In this document: in pieces, positions 31,375-40,376 of the stretch
How the letters are laid out: each line of letters opens with the position of its first letter
Position numbering within the stretch: position 1 is the first letter of the stretch
Assembly (NCBI GenBank): GCA_045568235.1
Contig: JBJLBJ010000032.1
Coordinates: forward strand, 48,241 to 112,240
Length of the DNA: 64,000 nucleotides
Direction: 5' to 3'
Source of the DNA: Candidatus Thalassarchaeaceae archaeon
GTDB lineage: Archaea; Thermoplasmatota; Poseidoniia; Poseidoniales; Thalassarchaeaceae
Program-made: the position numbers and the translations under genes
The notes under the pieces: model-generated
Seen by the model: the letters and a program-made list of their open reading frames with translations, nothing else
Databases searched by the model: none
Told to the model about the DNA's origin: nothing

Positions 31375-31400
31375 TCCAATAACTGGCAGTCCTTAAAAAT

Positions 31401-33257
31401 TCAGTATACATCTCTCAGATATCTTTTTTCGGTTTTCATCAATTTTGTCTCTACGAACTCAGTAGCTTGTTCGATATTCATATTTCCATGTTCAGAACAA
31501 ATTTTTATTAATGTTTTATGGACATCTTTTGCCATCCTTGACTTATCTCCACAGACATAGAAATAAGCCCCATTATCTATCCATTTCCATATTTCTTCTC
31601 CATTTTTATCCATTAAATGTTGGACATAAACCTTTTCTTTTCCTGTGCGTGACCATGCTAAATCATGTTTATTTAGTATACCTTTTTTCTTCCAGTCTTC
31701 CATTTCTTCTTTGTAGTAATATTCTCCTTCTTCGGTCCAATCGCCAAAGAATAGCCAGTTCTTTCCTGTTGCATTGTCTATCTCTCTTTGCTCTAGAAAT
31801 GCTCTGAAAGGCGCAATTCCTGTTCCAGGGCCAACCATTATAATGTCCTTTGATTTATCTTCAGGCAAGACAAATGATCTAGTTGGAGACATAAATACGC
31901 CAATGCCCGTTTCTTCCACTTCACACATATCAGATAAAAATCCTGTACATAATCCTGCTTTATCTCTGCCATGATGGGAATATCTTACTATTCCTACAGT
32001 GAGATGTACAGTACCTGGTTCAAATTCTGGGCTACTTGCAATTGAGTAAAGTCTGGGCTTCAATCTGTCCATTCCTTCTATTAATTGCTGTGCACTAAAA
32101 TTTATATTGCTAAAATCTCCTAATGCATCTATGTAATCTCTGGACCACATATAATCCTCCATGGCTTCTCCATTGGAAGCTAACTCATTCCATAATACAA
32201 GACTAGGATCAGAAATTGAACCCACTTCTTCATATCCGTCTGGTAAATCGTCACCATCTCCAGTGCCTTCCCAATCTAATATTAGGATGCCATTATCTTC
32301 TGAAATTCTTTTCCTTTTAATTATCTTAATCTCAATTCCTTCTGTTCCGTTATTCAAATACTCTCCTAATCTCATAACCCATTTTTTCGATAACCTATGT
32401 ATTTCATAACGCTTCGTTAATGCTTCTCTTAACGTACATTCTCCCAAATGTGTATCTACCATTTCTTCACCCGAGAAATTACACAGTAATAAGATACTAT
32501 TTACTAAATCTGGGTGGCAAATAGGTATTACTCCTAACGCATCTCCTGCTTTGTATTCTAGGCCCGAGTCTCCTAAATTAAATACAATATGTCTAGTTTC
32601 CTTACCGGATCCTTCCCCATTAAGTATGAAGTTTTGATTTAAGTAAGAAGTATATGGATTTTTAGCACTCCATTTTGATTTAGCAACTTTTTCTACCACA
32701 ATTTCTTTCTCGTTGTTAGTGGATTTAATTTCCATATTATCTTCAATTTTTACACTTTCTGGAGGTACGACTTCTTCTAATGGTACAGATACTTCCAAAT
32801 CTTCAATAAGAGACATTTTCTTAAGTACCGAATCAGACCATAATTGTGCTGGTTCTTCAAAATCTACGTCACAATCAACTCTATCATGTATTCTTGTTGC
32901 ACCCTTTGACTCAAACCAGTTGTCCCATTCTTTGCCTGATTCACAAAACAAATCGTATGATGAATCTCCTAAGGCTAGTACTGAGAAATGCATATTGTCT
33001 AACGAATCAATGTTTTCGCTATTTGCAGCTTCCCACAAATCTTCGGCATTATCTGGTTGTTCACCGTCTCCCCAAGTACTACAACAAATAAGCACTCTTG
33101 TCTCCTTAATAATTTCATTTATTGTTATTTCATCCATCGCCCTTACAGTAGGATTCAAACTATGTTCACTGGCTGCTTTTCCTGTCTGAATAGCAATATC
33201 TTCCGAGTTTCCCGACTGAGAGCCATATAAAATAAGAATTGAACGATTGGCAGACAT
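31401..33257 (-). CDS. diflavin NADPH reductase (CysJ / cytochrome P450 reductase-like)
   Basis: Flavodoxin N-terminus 'ILILYGSQSGNSEDIA', FAD site 'RLYSIASSP', NADPH site 'MVGPGTGIAPFRAF' and the C-terminal 'RYLRDVY'. Confidence 0.85.
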   Translation of the reverse strand: MSANRSILILYGSQSGNSEDIAIQTGKAASEHSLNPTVRAMDEITINEIIKETRVLICCSTWGDGEQPDNAEDLWEAANSENIDSLDNMHFSVLALGDSSYDLFCESGKEWDNWFESKGATRIHDRVDCDVDFEEPAQLWSDSVLKKMSLIEDLEVSVPLEEVVPPESVKIEDNMEIKSTNNEKEIVVEKVAKSKWSAKNPYTSYLNQNFILNGEGSGKETRHIVFNLGDSGLEYKAGDALGVIPICHPDLVNSILLLCNFSGEEMVDTHLGECTLREALTKRYEIHRLSKKWVMRLGEYLNNGTEGIEIKIIKRKRISEDNGILILDWEGTGDGDDLPDGYEEVGSISDPSLVLWNELASNGEAMEDYMWSRDYIDALGDFSNINFSAQQLIEGMDRLKPRLYSIASSPEFEPGTVHLTVGIVRYSHHGRDKAGLCTGFLSDMCEVEETGIGVFMSPTRSFVLPEDKSKDIIMVGPGTGIAPFRAFLEQREIDNATGKNWLFFGDWTEEGEYYYKEEMEDWKKKGILNKHDLAWSRTGKEKVYVQHLMDKNGEEIWKWIDNGAYFYVCGDKSRMAKDVHKTLIKICSEHGNMNIEQATEFVETKLMKTEKRYLRDVY

Positions 33258-33381
33258 TATTACACCACAACTTAAACAATCCTCCGAGTTGAAACATGTT
33301 TATGAATAGATGCTGAAGAAGATATGCAATTAATAGGTATCGAAGTTATTAAGTCAGGTCCTGAATACGCAACTGATAATT

Positions 33382-34176
33382 ATGATTCGCATCGACTTCT
33401 TAGGAACTGGCAATGCTTTCTCTCCTCATGGTAGGCTTCATTCTCTAGCATTAATTGATGAAAAAATATTGATTGATGCTCCTCCGACATTAATTCCCCA
33501 ACTACGTCGTAAAGGAATCAATATTTCCAGTATAGAACACTTATTATTTACACACTGGCATGCAGATCACACATTCGGCTTCCCCTTCTTTTTACTCGAA
33601 AGAAAATATATTTCTGACCGAAATCAAGAAAAAAAACCAAATATTTATCTAAGGCCAGGTGGTAAAAAAGTATTATCAAATCTTTGTACTGTTGGATTTC
33701 CAGGAAGTTTAGAAGACTCTTCAACTATTGCTAATTGGTTTGAAGAAGAAAAAATGAATTTACCAGATACTAATTGGAAATTTGAAAGGTTCCCAGTTTG
33801 TCATACTCCTGAAACGGACCCTCACGGTTATGAATTAAAACATACCAGTGGGCTAGTATTACTACATTGTGGCGATTCAGGGCCTTGTGAAGAAATAGAG
33901 AAAAGAGCCAAAAAAGCCGATATAGTTATTTTAGAAATGGGGATGCCTGATATAGGCAATTTCCCTTTTCACTATACTCCAAATGATGTCAGAGATTTTT
34001 CCAAAAAATTTCCAAATACTTTTATTTTAGTAACACATAACTTTTCCAATTCTGGTGATTCAAATGGAGGTTTTTCGATGCCAAATTTACCAAAAGGAGT
34101 ATACCAATTAGAAGATGGAGATATATTGGAAATTTCAGCTGAAAAAGATTTTAAAATCAGTAAAAATAATAATTAA
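33382..34176 (+). CDS. MBL-fold metallo-hydrolase
   Basis: 'LFTHWHADHTFG' (HxHxDH). Confidence 0.7.
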   Translation: MIRIDFLGTGNAFSPHGRLHSLALIDEKILIDAPPTLIPQLRRKGINISSIEHLLFTHWHADHTFGFPFFLLERKYISDRNQEKKPNIYLRPGGKKVLSNLCTVGFPGSLEDSSTIANWFEEEKMNLPDTNWKFERFPVCHTPETDPHGYELKHTSGLVLLHCGDSGPCEEIEKRAKKADIVILEMGMPDIGNFPFHYTPNDVRDFSKKFPNTFILVTHNFSNSGDSNGGFSMPNLPKGVYQLEDGDILEISAEKDFKISKNNN

Positions 34177-34183
34177 TTTATTA

Positions 34184-34192
34184 TTTTTTTTT
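34184..34192 (+). terminator. oligo-T tract (T9) after the MBL-fold gene
   Basis: A run of nine T 8 nt after the TAA stop at 34174-34176. Archaeal RNAP terminates at oligo-T tracts. Confidence 0.4.
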
Positions 34193-34347
34193 CCTTTACC
34201 CTACTTCTATAACTTGAACCATTTCTCTATCTTTTAAGACATACTTATTATCTTTGACTTACTCGCTAGAAGACATATGTTAGTGCGCTCTTAACTCGTA
34301 AGTTAAATAAGTGCATCAGTATATGTTTTTAGGACGTTGTGTGAAAT

Positions 34348-35586
34348 ATGGAAGGGAATATTTTTGAGAAAATTCTTGGCCAGAAAAGCCTATTCATGAA
34401 TAGGAAGATTTTCGACCATGCCTTTGAACCATCGAGATTACCTCATAGGGAAAATGAAATCAATTCTTTGGTTAAAAATCTTGTAGATGCGTTACATGGA
34501 CACATCCCTTCAAACATGCTTCTTTATGGCGTCCCCGGCGCTGGAAAAACAGTTGTCACTAGATATGTCCTCCGTCAGTTAAGAGAAAAAGGCAAAGAAT
34601 TAGATAAAAAGGTACATGCTTATGAAATAAATTGTAGAAGTGTCGATACTAAGTATAGAGTAATTCAGCAAATCGCCTCTGAACTCCAAGAACGTGGAGA
34701 TATGACTGTTCCTTTCACCGGTTGGCCAACAGATCGAGTTTTGGAAACCTTAGTTGAAAGGATGGATAGGTCAGGAGGAGTGCATATTATCGTACTTGAT
34801 GAGATTGACAATTTAGTTTCAAGATCAGGTGATGGCCTACTTTATAATTTGACAAATCTAAATACTAGATTATCTAACTCTAGATGTTGTATTATAGGCA
34901 TTAGTAATGATTTGAATTTCACTCAGCAATTAGATCCTAGAGTAACTTCTAGACTAAGTCAAGAAGATATAGTGTTCCATCCATATGGTTCAGCGGAAAT
35001 AGAAAATATCCTATCAAAAAGAGTAGAAGATGGATTAAAAAAGGGAATTTTACAAGAAGGAGTCATTAGCCTGTGTGCCGCGTTAGCAGCTCAAGAACAC
35101 GGCGATGCTAGAAGAGCATTAGATTTACTAAGAATATCCGTCCAAAAGGCAGAACACAATTCTCAAGAGAAAGTAGAGACAAGACACGTTAAAATAGCCC
35201 AAAGCCAATTAGAATATGATCAAGTTACGCCAGTCCTGAAAACACTTCCCTTACATCAGAAATTAGTCCTTCTATCAATCTGCCTCAATGAAGATAATGG
35301 CTTGAAAAATATTTCTACAGGCGATATTTATCGAACATATGCAGATGCTTGTATTATGATAACTATAGAACCTCTCACTACTCGAAGAGTTTCTTCTCTC
35401 CTGAATGAATTAGATACATTAGGCCTTATAATTGCTAGAAATGTAAGTAAGGGAAGGGGAGGCAGATCTAAACAAGTTAATTTGACTGTTCCTAAAGCAG
35501 TAGATTGTATCTCTTTAATGAGTGAAAATGATCCATTAGTATCAGAAGCCGCTCTTGGTAAATACAAACTACAATCAAAACTATAG
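34348..35586 (+). CDS. cdc6: Orc1/Cdc6 replication initiator
   Basis: 'RLPHRENEINSL', Walker A 'GVPGAGKT', Walker B 'IVLDEID' and a C-terminal winged helix. Confidence 0.9.
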   Translation: MEGNIFEKILGQKSLFMNRKIFDHAFEPSRLPHRENEINSLVKNLVDALHGHIPSNMLLYGVPGAGKTVVTRYVLRQLREKGKELDKKVHAYEINCRSVDTKYRVIQQIASELQERGDMTVPFTGWPTDRVLETLVERMDRSGGVHIIVLDEIDNLVSRSGDGLLYNLTNLNTRLSNSRCCIIGISNDLNFTQQLDPRVTSRLSQEDIVFHPYGSAEIENILSKRVEDGLKKGILQEGVISLCAALAAQEHGDARRALDLLRISVQKAEHNSQEKVETRHVKIAQSQLEYDQVTPVLKTLPLHQKLVLLSICLNEDNGLKNISTGDIYRTYADACIMITIEPLTTRRVSSLLNELDTLGLIIARNVSKGRGGRSKQVNLTVPKAVDCISLMSENDPLVSEAALGKYKLQSKL

Positions 35587-35639
35587 TCTTTCATGACTAT
35601 TGATAATCATTATACGAAAAGGGTAATTCGCAGTAATTA

Positions 35640-36158
35640 ATGAGTGACAATGCGATAGAATGGAAAGCCTCCTTAATTAGGCCAAGTATGACTCTTTCAC
35701 GGATTTTACTAATTCTAGGGGTGTGGGGATTAATTCTAAATGTAGTTAACTTGACAATTGGTGCTTATTCAGGAAAGAAGGCCCTGTGGTCGGGATTCTT
35801 CCTTTCGGGCGCTTCAAACACCAATTCTTCAGATTTAGTTCTAGGCGATTTTGTATTCCTGCTAGTGTCATTGTCATTTTGTTTTTTGGGTTTAATGGGT
35901 ATGCGTAATGCATTAGGCGGCGATAATGGACTATTAGAGGCATTATCATTGGATTTTTCCTCTTTTACTAATAAGTTATTTTCATCGGAAGAAGGGTATC
36001 TGCCCACTCTTGGCTCGTGGCTAATTGTTTTCGGAGTCATCTTCTACCTTTCTTGGAGTATTTTCAATCAAACTTGGCTAGATCCGGGCGTTTACTCTGT
36101 TATGATAACTTTAATTTCATTTGGATGTGGGATTTTAATATTCACTGATTCCGAATGA
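35640..36158 (+). CDS. hypothetical membrane protein
   Basis: 172 aa with 4 predicted TM segments. Confidence 0.3.
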   Translation: MSDNAIEWKASLIRPSMTLSRILLILGVWGLILNVVNLTIGAYSGKKALWSGFFLSGASNTNSSDLVLGDFVFLLVSLSFCFLGLMGMRNALGGDNGLLEALSLDFSSFTNKLFSSEEGYLPTLGSWLIVFGVIFYLSWSIFNQTWLDPGVYSVMITLISFGCGILIFTDSE

Positions 36159-36164
36159 TAAGGA

Positions 36165-36503
36165 TTATGAATAAATGAACTTAGATAATATATTCCTGCA
36201 TCTTTTTTTGCTTTCTTCTTCGGTTATTCTAACTACAACTCCTTTTCCAGGTTGCCCATAAACTATTATTGCGCCCAAAGGAGCAACTAAATGAATTATC
36301 AAAGGAGTCAAATCTTCTTCTCCTTCTACATCTATAATGCTGGTTGATTTATCAATCAACCATTTTTCCAATGCTAACTTACAATTATCAATTAATGATT
36401 TAGTCAAACTTCCTGCAGGATTCACACATTTGAAATAATTGTCATATTGTTCAATATCAATTTTTTCTGCTCGATCCCCAAATCTTTCTCTTCGTTTTCC
36501 CAT
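36165..36503 (-). CDS. C-terminal part of the DUF359 dephospho-CoA kinase domain (in +1 frame relative to the upstream ORF)
   Basis: 'VNPAGSLTKSL', 'IDVEGEEDLTPL' and 'IIVYGQPGKGVVV' match DUF359 core motifs. The ORF overlaps the end of the PPAT ORF by 47 nt. Confidence 0.65.
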   Translation of the reverse strand: MGKRRERFGDRAEKIDIEQYDNYFKCVNPAGSLTKSLIDNCKLALEKWLIDKSTSIIDVEGEEDLTPLIIHLVAPLGAIIVYGQPGKGVVVRITEEESKKRCRNILSKFIYS

Positions 36504-37212
36504 CTATAAGAGATATATCTGCACAACGATCTAATTCTTGTAATGTTAAAGTTGTGACATCTCCAACAGTGATTAGTGGGACATTTTCATTTGAATATTT
36601 TTCTATCATAATTTTCATGGCATATGCATAATCATCATCTTTTCCCTCTATTAATTCTCCAAATGGCTTTTTTAGCATTTCTTCTGCGTATTCCGTCATC
36701 ACAAGACTTTCTGTAATTTTATCATTATTTGAATAATTGAAATACGGACTTATCCAAGATTCTCCCTGCCTATCAATTTCACCATTCCTTATTCTAGTAC
36801 TTGATATCGGACGGCCATCCCAAGCATCTTCATGCTCAATTTTGATTATTTCTAATTCATTTAAATTCTCTTCTTCTCTCATTTTATTTATTTCAATACA
36901 CATATCTACTGTTTCAGTAGTACAGATAATCGCTGTTGCATTGGGATGCGTCGGAGCAGGACCAAATTTATTTTCTAGTAGTCCAAATTTAATTTTATTT
37001 ATAGCATCCTTTCCCAAATTACTTATTATATCACTTCTACGATTTTCCCATTTCATTATTAGTGGATTATTCTTACTGGCTATTTCGTCAGAAATAATCC
37101 AAATCTCAATTTCCTTACATCTTTCTAATGCATTATCTATTAATTTTTTATGGCCCGCATGAAATCTATCAAAAGTCCCTCCAATAAGGCCTAAATTATG
37201 CATTTTAATCAC
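36457..37212 (-). CDS. phosphopantetheine adenylyltransferase (archaeal type) fused to the N-terminal part of a DUF359 dephospho-CoA kinase domain
   Basis: 'GGTFDRFHAGHKKLI' and 'ISSTRIRNGEID' are cytidylyltransferase/PPAT motifs. The C-terminal 'VGDVTT...DISLIDGKTKRK' matches the start of the DUF359 (GTP-dependent DPCK) domain. Confidence 0.7.
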   Translation of the reverse strand: MIKMHNLGLIGGTFDRFHAGHKKLIDNALERCKEIEIWIISDEIASKNNPLIMKWENRRSDIISNLGKDAINKIKFGLLENKFGPAPTHPNATAIICTTETVDMCIEINKMREEENLNELEIIKIEHEDAWDGRPISSTRIRNGEIDRQGESWISPYFNYSNNDKITESLVMTEYAEEMLKKPFGELIEGKDDDYAYAMKIMIEKYSNENVPLITVGDVTTLTLQELDRCADISLIDGKTKRKIWGSSRKN

Positions 37213-37235
37213 TACGGATATTTATCAAATATTAT

Positions 37236-37515
37236 GTGCCCCGAGGTGTAACGGCTACCTTCACAGTATTACTCCGGCGCCTGACCCACCTCGGGACGTC
37301 TGTCGGACTGTGTGGTAGTCCCTTGATTCATTCCTTTCAGTCCTCAGGGGACCTATCACAATCCGGCCACTTGTTTTGCTCCATAATTCATCCCTAATAG
37401 GTCTTCATGGTCTTCGACAAGTGGTTTCCCAAACGTGGTACCATAAATCATCCTAGTCCTCCGGCGTGGGGGCTTCGTCATCACGGTGTTGCCGCTTGGG
37501 CATTTAGTGCTCTAA
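37236..37515 (-). ncRNA. unclassified structured RNA candidate (GC-rich ORF-free island); strand tentative
   Basis: There is no ORF of 60 aa or more on either strand. My hand count gives 147/280 G+C, against AT-rich flanks. Perfect helices are 37240-37248/37287-37295 (9 bp) and 37367-37374/37417-37424 (8 bp). On the minus strand the first helix extends to 11 bp through a G-U pair, and G (81) exceeds C (66). Confidence 0.5.
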
Positions 37516-37564
37516 CTCTTTCTTCAAGAATGTCTCGGTTATAATCAAATAATTATTTTCTAAT

Positions 37565-40129
37565 TTATTTACGGCCATAATCATAACCAGATATCTTTTT
37601 TATGATTCTTTTTGTAACTTCAATGTCGCCATTTAATAACTCATCAGTAGAGAAATAAGGCCACCTTTCTATTGGTTGTGCCAACCAACCAACCAATCCA
37701 TGTGTTCTTCCTGGAGTCGGAGATACTTCATTGATCGAATTATTAATTGAATCATATAAGTCCATTATTGAATCACTTGTTGAACTATTCATTACTCTTT
37801 CTATTTCACTAATTATTGTGAAATCACATCCAGAGTGTTTTTTTGAAGATAGGCCTGGAATGCCAACCTCCTCTCCTTTGGGCCTTAATATGGTGGAACA
37901 CCATGGTATATTTTGTTTTAAAACCCATTTAAAACCATCTTCAGCACGAATCCCCCTAAGTAGTATATTTTGAGATTCAACTGCCCACCAATCTGAAGGC
38001 ATTTTTTCAACTATCATTTTGATTTCATTACTATCTAATCTTTTATCATCTAATATCATATCTAACATATTTGACCATATTTTTACTTCATTCATATCAT
38101 CTAATTTTTTATTTTTATTTTTTATTTTATACATTAATTCATTTATTTCTATCAATTCATTATTATTTTTTGTGAATAACCAATACACTCCTTTGATTGC
38201 ATCAAGAGAATTTTTTGGAGGATTTCTCAACCATGCATCTATGGACCATTCTAACATATCCAAATAAGTATTTTCTGATAACCATGGTGCGTTAGATAAA
38301 AATTGTGCTGCAATCCATGACACTCCTCTAGAAGCCCTCCTTGATTCCATAATGGGCCTCGTTCTTAAGAAAACATCCGAATCTTCTCTCAATTTAATCT
38401 TTAATTTATCTGTAAACATATTGAGGACTGAATTCGGAGCTTCATCAGATATTTCAACTAACTTCTCAATAGGTAAGAAATCAAGATTTAGTAGCGCTAG
38501 CCATTCAGGATCTATGCGACCCCTCAATCTTTGCCATCTGGGCCATCTACCTTTATCTGGAGAAGCTATCCAAGCAGCCAATGGATATCTCGCTTCCATT
38601 TGATTGGCCCAACTTTCGTCTCCCAATGGATATTGTGAAATTGATGACATTATTACCGATAAATATTCTTCTTCAAATTCTTCACTTACGAAGTCATTTT
38701 CTATTTCTAATTCTAAAAGATTCCAGGGATTTATATTTTTGTTAACAATTTCTCCTGGAGAATTGTCTTTATATCCTTCTTCAATTAGTTTTAGAGGCAA
38801 TATTTCGCCCTTTTTTGTGACAAATTCTAACCATGGCAAAGCTCTTTTATCATCTACTTTTAACATATCAAAATTTTTGAAAAGTATATCGTCTTCTTTC
38901 ATTATTAACAGTCTTAATTTATCACACAGTGATAATTTTAACATCGTTTCATTTGAGATTTTTTCAGTTAAATCTACTACTAATTGTAAATTATTATCTA
39001 GTGAAACACTCCACTGTACAATCGATTCTAATGCGTTTTTACCTAATCCTCTAGTTTCCATTTCTTTGGAAAATAATTCTTTATCAAATTTTGCATCATT
39101 CCAATCCTTTCTAAATTTCCTCCAGGTAGAGTCTGAAGTTTTTATTCTTTTTTTTGTAGAAATTTTTTCCTTTAAAGCAGTCAATCGCTTCCTCTTTTCT
39201 TGATTCGAAATTCTTGGATGAGCGATTTCAATCCAATAATCTAATACATCCAAAGGATAAACACTTTCTACAGAAGAAACTCCTCTCAAATCACCGACTA
39301 ATAATGCATTTTTTTTGGCTATTCTTAGTAACATAGATTTGTATAAGTTATCTTCCATTATTGCTATTATCGCGTCTTTAGGCCTAATAATTGGAGAAAG
39401 TTGGTGGCATGAACCAAGAGACCAAAGGCCTCTATGATAACTACTTTCTGGCAATAGGGAATTAGATTTAAATTCAGGCTGTCCAAACCATTCTCCCGTT
39501 GATATAGATACAATATTTTCTCTCTGGATTAATTTTCCTCTGGCAATCCCAATAATTTGATTATTAACTCCATATGATTCAATATTTCGAGGATCGAGTA
39601 TTTTTGGCTCATCCATACTGATAGTTTTTTCATTCAAATTAAACCATCTCAAATCTGAATTATTTAATTTAGCCCAATTCCATGACACCCCCTCATTTCC
39701 TTTGGAATTTGGCAACCTATCTGGAACTAATATTAATGATTCTTCAGGTTGCCTTAAGAAAGCAAAAAGTATGTCCGTTCCTTCTCTGTAAAGTACACAA
39801 CTTTTCTCATTCTCTTTAGGTATTGGCAAAGCTTCTTCTGCCTTATACCATTCATCCATCTGTAGCACTTTAATGCCCTCTTCAGTAAGTCTTATTTTCG
39901 CACCCCTGCTCCCCATTTCTAGATCACTAGAAACTAATTTTTCATCTCTCATTCTCTTGATTTCCGCTGATGCATGGGGCATTCTTAGGCCAACCGATTT
40001 GGCCAATTCACTTACAGTTTGTTGACTCTCGGCCAGTCTATTCATCAATCTAAGTCTATACTTACTTCTTATTTTTTTAGGTGTATTTTTTACACCCTCA
40101 TTTGCTGATTTTTTGAAATCAAACGACAC
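37565..40129 (-). CDS. orphan 854-aa protein with N-terminal winged-helix (ArsR/MarR-like) DNA-binding domain
   Basis: The N-terminus 'RLRLMNRLAESQQTVSELAKSVGLRMPHASAEIKRMRDEKLV' looks like a wHTH. The remaining 750 aa have no motif I recognise. The start is GTG, and the coding sequence is very AT-rich. Confidence 0.45.
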   Translation of the reverse strand: MSFDFKKSANEGVKNTPKKIRSKYRLRLMNRLAESQQTVSELAKSVGLRMPHASAEIKRMRDEKLVSSDLEMGSRGAKIRLTEEGIKVLQMDEWYKAEEALPIPKENEKSCVLYREGTDILFAFLRQPEESLILVPDRLPNSKGNEGVSWNWAKLNNSDLRWFNLNEKTISMDEPKILDPRNIESYGVNNQIIGIARGKLIQRENIVSISTGEWFGQPEFKSNSLLPESSYHRGLWSLGSCHQLSPIIRPKDAIIAIMEDNLYKSMLLRIAKKNALLVGDLRGVSSVESVYPLDVLDYWIEIAHPRISNQEKRKRLTALKEKISTKKRIKTSDSTWRKFRKDWNDAKFDKELFSKEMETRGLGKNALESIVQWSVSLDNNLQLVVDLTEKISNETMLKLSLCDKLRLLIMKEDDILFKNFDMLKVDDKRALPWLEFVTKKGEILPLKLIEEGYKDNSPGEIVNKNINPWNLLELEIENDFVSEEFEEEYLSVIMSSISQYPLGDESWANQMEARYPLAAWIASPDKGRWPRWQRLRGRIDPEWLALLNLDFLPIEKLVEISDEAPNSVLNMFTDKLKIKLREDSDVFLRTRPIMESRRASRGVSWIAAQFLSNAPWLSENTYLDMLEWSIDAWLRNPPKNSLDAIKGVYWLFTKNNNELIEINELMYKIKNKNKKLDDMNEVKIWSNMLDMILDDKRLDSNEIKMIVEKMPSDWWAVESQNILLRGIRAEDGFKWVLKQNIPWCSTILRPKGEEVGIPGLSSKKHSGCDFTIISEIERVMNSSTSDSIMDLYDSINNSINEVSPTPGRTHGLVGWLAQPIERWPYFSTDELLNGDIEVTKRIIKKISGYDYGRK

Positions 40130-40147
40130 TAATGTACTCCTCTAAAT

Positions 40148-40163
40148 TAATCTAATTAGATTA
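40148..40163. promoter_or_regulatory. perfect 16-bp palindrome TAATCTAATTAGATTA in a divergent promoter region
   Basis: The sequence is exactly self-complementary. It lies 19-34 nt upstream of the GTG start at 40129. Confidence 0.4.
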
Positions 40164-40376
40164 TATGTATAAAATTATCTTTAATAATTACATATAGTTA
40201 CATATTTCGTGTGGAAAATATATCTATTTCCATGTAGATTTAATTTATTAGTAATAATTTCATTAATTAAAGAAACAATATGTAACCAAATATGGTATTG
40301 ACATACATAACCATTATATTACCCCCCGCTCTCCTCTTAAACATGCTTCGTTAATGCGGAGTATGAGAGTACTTGG

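Noticed and set aside
37236-37515. Calling the GC-rich island specifically SRP RNA or RNase P RNA
   Set aside because: I could not locate the RNase P CR-I/CR-V motifs (GAGGAAAGUCC, ACAGAA..CGGCUUA). I also found no SRP helix-8 GNAR hairpin with an AGCA loop and no Alu-domain UGUAAU context. Partial matches such as GGUCAGGCGCCGGAG, GGUGUAAC and GGAGCAAAAC fall in positions that do not fit either architecture. It stays unclassified.
40213-40231. Near-palindrome GGAAAATATATCTATTTCC in the 40.1-40.4 kb spacer
   Set aside because: Only the 5-bp arms (GGAAA/TTTCC) pair perfectly, and such matches are expected by chance in AT-rich DNA.
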